From the NCBI GenBank assembly GCA_040755855.1, contig JBFMAD010000001.1, positions 224,001-288,000 on the forward strand: DNA of 64,000 nucleotides. Direction: 5' to 3'. Positions 32,978 to 41,400 of the stretch are shown one piece after another; position 1 is the stretch's first letter; each line of letters opens with the position of its first letter. The notes beneath the pieces are model-generated. The model ran no database searches. It saw only the letters and a program-made list of their open reading frames with translations, and had not been told where the DNA came from. This DNA is from Planctomycetota bacterium. GTDB lineage: Bacteria; Planctomycetota; Brocadiia; JAADGH01. A program made the position numbers and the translations under genes.

Positions 32978-33343
32978 ATGCGTCCAAGAGTGTTCGCCCT
33001 CGTCCTGTTTGTGATGGTTGTCGCCGGCTGCTCGGGGGACAAATCGGCGCAGATTGAAAAACACTTGTCCGACCTCCAAAGCGACGACGCGGTGACGCGC
33101 CGCGAGGCGGTGATCGCCCTCGGCGACATGGGCGCCGACGCCGCCCCCGCTGTTCTCGCGTTGAGCCGGATGCTGAACGACAAGAACGACGACATCCGCG
33201 TCGCCGTCTGCCAGGCGCTCGGCAAGATCGGTCCCGACGCCGGCCCGGCGCTGAAGGCGCTGGAGAAGGCGCAGAAGGGCGACCCGGACGATTCGGTCAA
33301 GGCCGCCGCAGCCGAGGCAATTCAGAAGATCAAAGGCAAATGA
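32978..33343 (+). CDS. Small HEAT-repeat lipoprotein
   Basis: Lipobox VAGC; HEAT units (VTRREAVIALG, IRVAVCQALG, VKAAAAEAI); AAGGAG RBS; TTGACA at 32909 upstream. Confidence 0.8.
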   Translation: MRPRVFALVLFVMVVAGCSGDKSAQIEKHLSDLQSDDAVTRREAVIALGDMGADAAPAVLALSRMLNDKNDDIRVAVCQALGKIGPDAGPALKALEKAQKGDPDDSVKAAAAEAIQKIKGK

Positions 33344-33344
33344 T

Positions 33345-33377
33345 TTTCGATTTGCGATTGCCGATTTGCGATTTGGA
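33345..33377. repeat. Short heptamer tandem repeat (TTGCGAT-like)
   Basis: TTTCGAT TTGCGAT TGCCGAT TTGCGAT TTGGA between convergent genes. Confidence 0.6.
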
Positions 33378-33395
33378 CAACAAGATGGGGAACGC

Positions 33396-34175
33396 TCAGC
33401 CGCCGCCTCCAATCAACTGCGCGATGTTGCCGCCGAGGATCTTCTGGGTATCTTCCTCCTTCAATCCCCAGCCGCGAATCCATTCGACGTCATCGCGGAT
33501 AATCTGCACGTCGTTGTAGGGATAGTCGGCCCCGTAGATGAGCCGGCTGGGGCCAATGGTCCGCAGCAGCGTCTTGATCCGCTCCCGCGATAGATGCCAT
33601 GCCACCGATTCCCGCCGGGTCTGCGCCAGCTCCGCGTAACAGTTCCGGTTGTTCTGCAGCACCGCCAACGCCTGGTCGAAGAACGCTGTGCCGCCGACAT
33701 GACCGATGATGATCGGCAGATTGGGATGCGCCTGGGCCACGTCGTCGAGCAGGATCGGTTCGTATTTGCGAATGAACCAGCCATGGACGCCGGTGTGAAA
33801 CTGAATGGGGATGCCCATCTCCTCGGCCACGGAGTAGAAATCGTCAATCTCCGGATCGTTGATCTGCGCCTTGAAGATCGGCGGATGGAACTTCGCCCCG
33901 CGAAAGCCACGCTTGACGTGCGCGCGGAGCTTTTCCGCCGCGCCCTCGTCCTTCGGGTTGATCGTCGCGTAGCCGATGAGGTCCGGTTCGTCCTCGATCG
34001 CCTCGTGCAGCCATTCGTTGGGATCGGCCTTCATCTGATAGTAAAACGGGGCAAAAGCAATCGCCTTCTCAAAGCCGAGTTCGGCCATCCACCTTTTCAA
34101 CACAAGGATCGTGCCCCACGACGGTTCGTCCTTCTTGACGCCTTCCGGCATGACATGGCAGTGATTCAGGATCAT
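33396..34175 (-). CDS. Amidohydrolase_2 family metal-dependent hydrolase
   Basis: NHCH, GAKFHP, FHTG, IIGHVGG, YGADYPY, ILGGN. Confidence 0.85.
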   Translation of the reverse strand: MILNHCHVMPEGVKKDEPSWGTILVLKRWMAELGFEKAIAFAPFYYQMKADPNEWLHEAIEDEPDLIGYATINPKDEGAAEKLRAHVKRGFRGAKFHPPIFKAQINDPEIDDFYSVAEEMGIPIQFHTGVHGWFIRKYEPILLDDVAQAHPNLPIIIGHVGGTAFFDQALAVLQNNRNCYAELAQTRRESVAWHLSRERIKTLLRTIGPSRLIYGADYPYNDVQIIRDDVEWIRGWGLKEEDTQKILGGNIAQLIGGGG

Positions 34176-34178
34176 TGT

Positions 34179-35021
34179 TCACTTCCTGTTCAACAACTTT
34201 TTCATTTCAGCGAATTCGTGCCTCGCCACGGCGACGGGGTCGTCGCCCCCGCTGGCCTCGCAAGAGAGATAGCCGTCGTAGCCGATCTTCTTCAGGCCCC
34301 GGAACAGCGGCAGGTGATCCACGTCGCCCTCGTTCAGCAGCGCCCGCTTGAACCGGCCCGCCTTGTAGTCGTGCGCCGCTGCGTCATCGGCCGCCGCGTG
34401 AACCATGTCCTTGATATGCACGTGGAAGATGCGGTCGCCGAGGACCTCGACCGAATCCTCGCCGTAGATATCCCCTGTAATATGAAGATTCCCGGCATCA
34501 TGGATGACACCGAAGTTGGGCCGGTCCACGAGGTCAATGATCTTCCGCGCCATGGCGACAGTTTCGCAGTACTGGCCGAAATGAATCTCTGCGACGATCC
34601 GCGCATCATGCCTTGCCGCGCGGTCGCAAGCGGCGCCGAGCCAGTCGGCGACGATGCGCGCCTCGTCGTCCTTGTATGCGCTGTCCTTCAGGCGGCCGGC
34701 GGTGACCTTGAGCATCTTGCAGCCCATCGCGTCGCCGATGTCGAGGAACCGATCCACGGCGTCCAAGTCCTTCCGCCGTTGCTCGTCGCCGGCGAGGATC
34801 GGGCCGCCGAGCGTCGTGTAGATCAGGCAGATGGCCAGGCTATTCCCCCTCGCCATCCTGCCGATCTCCCGAGCCTGGTCGGGGGCACAGATGACATCAA
34901 GATGATTGCCGCCGAAGCCGACCATGATCTCGATGGCGTCGTACCCGATCTTGCCCGCCTCCTCCATCGCAACAGGCAGAGGGTGCGCCTTAAACATGCC
35001 GGAGAATATCGCAATCTTCAT
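34179..35021 (-). CDS. Sugar-phosphate isomerase/epimerase (xylose-isomerase-like TIM barrel, AP_endonuc_2)
   Basis: GYDAIEI, AEIH, HDAGN, HVHIKD, GYDGYLSCE (E-D-H-E metal ligands). Confidence 0.85.
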   Translation of the reverse strand: MKIAIFSGMFKAHPLPVAMEEAGKIGYDAIEIMVGFGGNHLDVICAPDQAREIGRMARGNSLAICLIYTTLGGPILAGDEQRRKDLDAVDRFLDIGDAMGCKMLKVTAGRLKDSAYKDDEARIVADWLGAACDRAARHDARIVAEIHFGQYCETVAMARKIIDLVDRPNFGVIHDAGNLHITGDIYGEDSVEVLGDRIFHVHIKDMVHAAADDAAAHDYKAGRFKRALLNEGDVDHLPLFRGLKKIGYDGYLSCEASGGDDPVAVARHEFAEMKKLLNRK

Positions 35022-35048
35022 CGGTTCACCTCTTCTAATAAGATTGGC

Positions 35049-36254
35049 TCACGCATCAGCGATCTTCTGAATATCAAGCACCGCCGGACGCCGCGGATCG
35101 GGCATCGGGCCAAGGATCGGCTCAAAGTATTTGATCCCCGCCTTCGTGATGCAGAACTTCTTTGGATCGAAGAACCGCTTGTCCATCTTCCGCGGCACGA
35201 GACTCCCGTCCGGCTTCTTCGGCAAGGTATCGAAGGGGACGGACGTGGCCACGAGCTTGTCTCCCTTGCGAACGAGACACGCCATACGATCGCTCGCGCC
35301 TTCGTCTATGTCCTCGACGGCTTTCTTGCCGAGGGCGATGGCATTGTCCCGGTCCACCGCCGAGGGCGCGCCGCACCGCCAGAGGTAGCTCGGGATCACC
35401 GCGTTGAAGTTGCGCGTCTTCAGTTTATCGCCAAGCGAGTCCTTCAACCGCTGGGCCACGAACTCCGCCACGCCGCCGAGCTTCTTGTGGCCGAAGGCGT
35501 CCACGTTCGATTCGTCTTCGTGAAGGATTTTTCCATCGGGTCCGACTGCCCCCTCGGAGACGGCGATGACAACCTCCTTGCTCCGCTCATATCGTTCGAG
35601 CACCTTCTCCTCCAGTTCCTTCATCACGAGGGGGTACTCCGGCACGATGATGAGATCGGCATGGCCATAGGCTGAGGCAAGGCCCAGCCAGCCGGCGCTC
35701 ATCCCCATCGCCTCGAGGATCATGATTCGATCATGGGAGTAGGCCGTCGTGCGCACGCCGTTGGCCATGCTGGTGAACTCGGCGACGCGGGCCGCGGCTG
35801 TGGCGAAGCCGGGCGTATAGTAATTGATTATTTTGTCGTAACTTACGACCTTTCCTTCCGGCGCGTTCGTGCCCACGTCGTTGTCAATCGTCTTCGTGAT
35901 TGCGACGCTTCGCACGCCCTTGAGATGGCCGACGACGCTCAGCGTGTCGTCGCCGCCGATGGGAATGAAGCCATCAATCTTCAGTCGCTTGATGTTCCTC
36001 ACCGCCTGCTCGTAGCCGCTCTCGATCTTGCCGAGCTTGGTTCGCGAGGTCTTGAGGATCGTGCCGCCGAGATCCGGGGCGATCATATCGCTGTTGATGA
36101 CCGCGTACTCGCCCGCGTCCAGGACCCCGGCCCAACCGCGGATGAACCCAACCACCTCATAGCCCAGTTCCTCCGCCTTCAGGCAGATGCCTTTGATCGT
36201 GGGATTCAGCGCGCTGGTGTCGCCGCCGCCCGTCAAAACTCCGATTCGTTTCAT
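35049..36254 (-). CDS. pfkA: PfkA-family phosphofructokinase-like kinase, PPi-dependent signature, divergent substrate site
   Basis: RIGVLTGGGD, GGTILKTSR, IGGDDT, KTIDND, DAFGHKKLGG; MGM in place of MGR. Confidence 0.85.
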   Translation of the reverse strand: MKRIGVLTGGGDTSALNPTIKGICLKAEELGYEVVGFIRGWAGVLDAGEYAVINSDMIAPDLGGTILKTSRTKLGKIESGYEQAVRNIKRLKIDGFIPIGGDDTLSVVGHLKGVRSVAITKTIDNDVGTNAPEGKVVSYDKIINYYTPGFATAAARVAEFTSMANGVRTTAYSHDRIMILEAMGMSAGWLGLASAYGHADLIIVPEYPLVMKELEEKVLERYERSKEVVIAVSEGAVGPDGKILHEDESNVDAFGHKKLGGVAEFVAQRLKDSLGDKLKTRNFNAVIPSYLWRCGAPSAVDRDNAIALGKKAVEDIDEGASDRMACLVRKGDKLVATSVPFDTLPKKPDGSLVPRKMDKRFFDPKKFCITKAGIKYFEPILGPMPDPRRPAVLDIQKIADA

Positions 36255-36264
36255 GGTTCAACTC

Positions 36265-37551
36265 CTACATCCCAAGTGCAACACGAAGTTCTTCGTGATC
36301 TTTCGCATAATCCACTACTTCTTTTCCGGCATGGAACGCTTCGACCGCCTGGAGCATGGCGTCCACCCCAGCCTTGATCCCCATGGGGTGTTTCAGGATG
36401 CTCGTGCCGGCAAGGCCCATGAAGTTTGCGCCGAATGCCTTCAACTGATCCACGATGTTTCCGGCCCCCAGGCCGCCTGCCGTCACGACGACCATGTCCC
36501 TGACGTCGTCCATCGGCTCGTTCATTACTTCGTAAAGGCGAATCAGCATCTCGGGGCAGAGCGACGCCACATGGCACTCGCGCTGGTTCATCACGCCGGT
36601 CTGGAAGTAGTCGCCTCCCGCCAGGCGGAGGAGCTTGACCATCACCACATCGTCCACGCGCCTCGGTCCTGTGGACCAACCGGACCGCCCGCCCGAGTGG
36701 GCATAGATCGGTACGTTGATCTCCGGGTCCTCGGCAAGCATCTGCAGCGTGCCCATGCCCTGAACAATGGGATTGAACATCAACCCGCTCGCCCCCCACT
36801 CGATGACCTGCTTGCAGAAATCACTGATCCGATCGGGCCGGGCGACGATGTGCGGGGCATAGATCGTCTTCATGCCGGTCTTCCGCTCCGCATCGTTCAA
36901 CTTCTCAACGACGAGTTTGATCTTCTTCTCGGCGCGGCAATAGTCGGGACCGAACATCTTCTCGTCATCCTTGATGAAGCGGCATCCGCCGAGCGCAGCC
37001 TCGTAACATTTCCGTGCCACCTCTTTCGGCGTCAGGCCGGCGCAAGGTTTGACGATGGTCCCGATGATCGGCCGGTCATCGGCGAGCTTTAGAATCTTGC
37101 GCGTGCCCTTGATGCCGAACTTCGGGCCGCTGAACTTTTTCAGCAACCGTTTCGGTAGTTCGAAATCGAGGAACGCCACATTTTCGTAATAGACAAATTC
37201 CAGGATCGGCCCGCCGATGGTGAGCATCATGAACTGATAGAGGATATCCGAGTCAAGATCAATGTTGTAAAGCGGCGATCGGACATGGATTACGCCTTCG
37301 TTCTGCCCGTATCTTTCCACCCGAAAGCAATCGGCCTGGGCGCGGTTGAAGACGTCGGTCGGTTTGCCTTTGTCAATCCACTTGCCGGTCGTCTCATCGC
37401 GCGCGATCTCCTTCGCCACCTCGACCAGGTCGCCCTTGGTCTTGATATAGTAGGTCAGCGAGATGGACTCGGCTGGATTATGGCGCGAGTCGAGATCAAT
37501 GACCTCGACGGGTTCGCGACCGAGTGTTTCTCTTCCTGCATACTTCTCCAC
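36265..37551 (-). CDS. RuBisCO-like protein (form IV, RLP)
   Basis: GPKFGIKGTRKIL, RPIIGTIVKP, FIKDDE, YAH, AGGL, HPMGIKAGVDAMLQA, ELRVAL; lacks several catalytic residues of true RuBisCO. Confidence 0.92.
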   Translation of the reverse strand: MEKYAGRETLGREPVEVIDLDSRHNPAESISLTYYIKTKGDLVEVAKEIARDETTGKWIDKGKPTDVFNRAQADCFRVERYGQNEGVIHVRSPLYNIDLDSDILYQFMMLTIGGPILEFVYYENVAFLDFELPKRLLKKFSGPKFGIKGTRKILKLADDRPIIGTIVKPCAGLTPKEVARKCYEAALGGCRFIKDDEKMFGPDYCRAEKKIKLVVEKLNDAERKTGMKTIYAPHIVARPDRISDFCKQVIEWGASGLMFNPIVQGMGTLQMLAEDPEINVPIYAHSGGRSGWSTGPRRVDDVVMVKLLRLAGGDYFQTGVMNQRECHVASLCPEMLIRLYEVMNEPMDDVRDMVVVTAGGLGAGNIVDQLKAFGANFMGLAGTSILKHPMGIKAGVDAMLQAVEAFHAGKEVVDYAKDHEELRVALGM

Positions 37552-37554
37552 AAC

Positions 37555-38490
37555 TCACTCCTTTTCCTGTTTCGACTCCTGCCCTTCCTCGCCCTCGTGT
37601 GATGGTTCCCGCTCTTCGTCTTTGCGCGAACTGCGCTTGATGCAAACAACAACGACAACCATGAAGGCGAAACAGAGCAGCAGAAGGACTATCGGGACAA
37701 TTGGCCATGGAGTGACCAGCCATGTATAACCGGCCTCACTCGGCAGTTCAAGCGTCTGGAATCCTTTGTAGACGACGCCCCCCTGCGAGAAGTTGTAGAA
37801 GCCGAATCGTCCCGTCGTGTAGGCGGCGTCGCGGAACGCCTTGTCGTAGATCACCCGGTCGCCGTCCTTGACGACGATGCGAAAATTGCCGGGGTGGAAG
37901 TCCAGTTGAAAGTGATAAGGCTTCTGGACGGTCCAGCCCTCTGTCGGCTCATGGTGGAGGAGCTTCACCTTCCCCGCCACGCCCTGCGTGTGCCAGAGAT
38001 CTTTCCCATCGAAGGGCTTACCCGGTTCGAGCTTCCCTGCATAAGGCGCGTCCACCACCTTGACACACATGCCTTGCTCGGCGCGGCCGACCTTCGGGTC
38101 GTCCTGCGCCTTGCCCTTCCAGTCGAACAGATAGAACCGCCCCGGATTCTGATACGCAAACACGAACCCAATAAAATCGTCGTCGCCTGAATCGGTCACG
38201 AGCCATGTTCCCGATATGGACGTGTCAAGAAGATCTCGATCGCTGATGAAGATCGAGGGGTCGGCGTTCACCGTCTGTGTGACGGACAGCTTGTCGTCGC
38301 TCAGCGTCCAATTGGCCGTCGGCTGCTGATTGTCGGGATAGATGTAGTTGATCGCAGTCCATTTCGTCAAGTCAACCGGCCCTTGGCCAAATCGCTTTTG
38401 TTCCTCCCGGCACCCGGCGAATGCCAGGCCAAGAATCAACGCGACGCAGATGCCCGTTGCGCCGTAGCATAGTCTCGATCTGCCCATCAT
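37555..38490 (-). CDS. Exported protein with thrombospondin C-terminal (L-lectin-like) domain and C-terminal TM anchor
   Basis: AFAGC lipobox-like; VTQTVNADP and DDDFIGFVFAYQNPGRFYLFDWK resemble the TSP_C signature; C-terminal TM followed by basic residues (IKRSSRK). Confidence 0.65.
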   Translation of the reverse strand: MMGRSRLCYGATGICVALILGLAFAGCREEQKRFGQGPVDLTKWTAINYIYPDNQQPTANWTLSDDKLSVTQTVNADPSIFISDRDLLDTSISGTWLVTDSGDDDFIGFVFAYQNPGRFYLFDWKGKAQDDPKVGRAEQGMCVKVVDAPYAGKLEPGKPFDGKDLWHTQGVAGKVKLLHHEPTEGWTVQKPYHFQLDFHPGNFRIVVKDGDRVIYDKAFRDAAYTTGRFGFYNFSQGGVVYKGFQTLELPSEAGYTWLVTPWPIVPIVLLLLCFAFMVVVVVCIKRSSRKDEEREPSHEGEEGQESKQEKE

Positions 38491-41400
38491 GGTTTTTCCT
38501 TTATCTCACTCAATTTCCCGAACCCAAGAATCACAGCGGTTCCCTTCTTCAGCAACAAGATTGACTGCCCGGCGGGGAAATCCCTGAAATAGATGTCCCG
38601 CGCGATCCCGTCGGTCTGCTTGTAGGCCCCCTTCTTGTATAGCGTGAACTCCGGGTGCGCCTCCTCCCAGCTCTGCTCGCCGGGTTTGCCAAACACAACG
38701 TATAGCCTCGCCGGCTCATCCAGCTTGAACGGGACAGCATAGTCCCCCAAGAGGGCGCGAAAACTCGAAAGCTGGATGCCCAGAAGCCCCTCCAGCTCCT
38801 TCGGCATCGCCAGGATGATCGAACTGTTGTCGGTGTAGGCGCTTCGGCCGAATTTGGGCGAATAGATGCCGAACTCCGCTGGCACGGTTAGGAACGACTC
38901 CTTCACCACATTGTAATTTTCCTCGCCCCCGATCAGCAGGAATGGGCGATCCGCCCGCTTCTCCTTCGATGTCAACTTCCGAAAACCGAGGATCACCCCG
39001 CTCCCCTGGGCGAACGCAAAGGAGTGCTCCCCCGCCGGGTAGTCCCGGCAGCAGATGTCGAGGGTGGATCGCCCGACCTTCACCTGCAGCTCCGGCAGGG
39101 GGACCCATCCCGGTTGGCGCGTGCACCAGCCCCGCATCTCGCGCCCGCCGAACCCGACAAACATCCGCGCCGGCGCGTCGAGTCTGAACCGCGCCACGAT
39201 CCCGCCGCCCTGGTAGAGCGAGGCCGCCCGCGCCGCCTTCATCGGAAGCCGAACGCCGACCAGCCCCTTCAGGTCCACCGACATGGCTTCGATCTTAAGA
39301 TCGCTGTCGGTGAAGGGGCGCTGCCCGGCCGCCGCTTCATAGGTTTCCATACCTTCCTCAAAGGATATGAAATCGCGCTTCACCCACGCCGGTTCCCAAC
39401 TCTGGATGACATAGTACGGTGTGCGTTCAAGGAAGTCCGGATGGACCGTCGCATTGCCGTTCGCATCGGCGGCCTCGAAGCGGTAGAGCAACCCCTCCGG
39501 CGTGAGGGGAACCTCGGCCTCATACGCTTCGCCGGACTTCTTCATGGCGACGCCCGTCCACTCATAGTAGGACGGCATCGGCCTGTAAAAAGCCGTGACG
39601 GAAGCGACGGATTCGCCGTCGCTTACGCGGGCGGCAAGTTTCACCTTGCCTCCGCGCGTTCGCTCGTCCAGGACGACGGGGCTGATGACGGGCCTGCTGC
39701 GGTCGGCGGAAACGGTCACCCGCTGCGGCTCGTTGGGCCCCTTGTCGGGACACTGTGTCTTTGCCTTCTCCTGGCCGACCTCAATGTAGTACTCGACCAC
39801 ACCCGGCGCAGCGGCCTCCGCCGGGATAAACGCGGCGGACATGTATCGGTCGGGCCGCTGAGTCATGGGCGTCTTCTTGAATTCCTTTTCCCCCGACCGC
39901 CGGTAGTAGAGCCACGCGGGCGCATCCCTGACAGGCGTGGCCACCGTCGCGGATATCCATATCGGCGAATGTGGGGGCGCCCGGTGGACGGGCAGATGCC
40001 CGATGTCCGGCGGATGCTGGGCCATGCGCCGCTCCATCTCCTTGTGCCGGCGCGCCATCTCATCGCGGCTGGGTTCGCCGTGTTCCCGAAGCTCCTTCAC
40101 CAAGTCCCTGATCTCGCCGCCAAATTTCGATTGAAGCGCCCCCTCAAACTCCTCGCGCACGCGCTGGATCGTCTCCAAGTCGCCTGTCAGATGTCGCCCC
40201 TCCTCCTCCCACGTGAAGTGCGCCGTGCACATCCGAAGCCGCTCGATGAGCGGGCGATATTGCCGCATCGTCGCGTCGGTCAGGTCATCCCACGCATCAA
40301 TCGCACGCCGCGCGTAGGCGTCCGCGTCGCCGAGAAGGGCGTAGTGCCGCGTCCGGCGGTAGAGTTCCAGGGCCACGGCGGCCCGCGTCTTCTCCGCGTA
40401 ATACACGGCCAGGCCGCGCAGCGCCTCGACGTCCATGCGGATGGCGCGGAACTCGTCCTTCGAATGTGTAACAGCCTTGTCCGCCTTCTCGATATGCTCC
40501 AGGGCGGAAAGGGAAATCTCCGAGAGCCGCTGGGCCGCGTCCAACGGCCCGAACTTCCCGTTCGCGTTCCCCTTCACCGCCGCATCGGCGTACTCCCGAA
40601 TCGAGGCCATGACAGTGTCGTCCAGGACGCCGACCTTCGAGAATTCCAGGATATCGCCGCGCCAGTCCACCCGAACATTGCCCTCCGCCAGCCGTCGGCT
40701 TCGGTGGTCGTCGCCTGTCTCCATCTCGGGGGCCATGCGCCGCCGATCCGCGCCGAGACAGTGCACGGCGTAGATCAAGGGAACCACCCGGCTGCCGAGG
40801 GCCACGGCGCGATAGACATCCTCCCCCGCCTCCTCGCCGAAGCGCTCTCGGAAGGCATTGATCCACACCAGTTCCGGCGCGCCGGGGTCGTAGGCGGTGC
40901 GGCCCCAGACCATGTGCCAGAACCAGTTGCGCTCGAAGTCCCACGTGAAGTACGGCTGGGGGAATGTGTCACGGTTGAGGAAGTAATTTGTCCGAGGGTA
41001 GAAGGCCGTCATCGTTTCGATCGAACAACCCGCCGCCTGGCCGAATGCGCACGATTGCACGCATCGCCGCGCAAAGTCCGGATCGCCCCAGTGGAATATG
41101 CGCTGCGTACCGTTGGCCATGACCTGATAGATGATTTCGTAATTGCGGGGGTAGTTGGTGTAGGCTTGATAGGCGCAGCTCCCCCATTCGCTGATCCGAT
41201 TGCTCGCCACGACATAGGGCAGGCCGAGGTGCTCGCCGGTGTATTTGGTTTCCACGAAAAAGCGGCCGGCATGTTCCCTGGCCAGTTCCATGATCTCCTG
41301 GCGCGGGACAAACCATGTCCGCGTGTAGAGATGGATGTCTTTCTTGCTCTCGGTCGCGCCGGCCAGGACGCCTTGTCTGTAGAAGTCCGGGCCTTGGCCC

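Noticed and set aside
36265..37551. True CO2-fixing RuBisCO / Calvin cycle
   Set aside because: K177, N123, R295, H327 and K334 equivalents are substituted, and no rbcS, prk or cbb genes are nearby.
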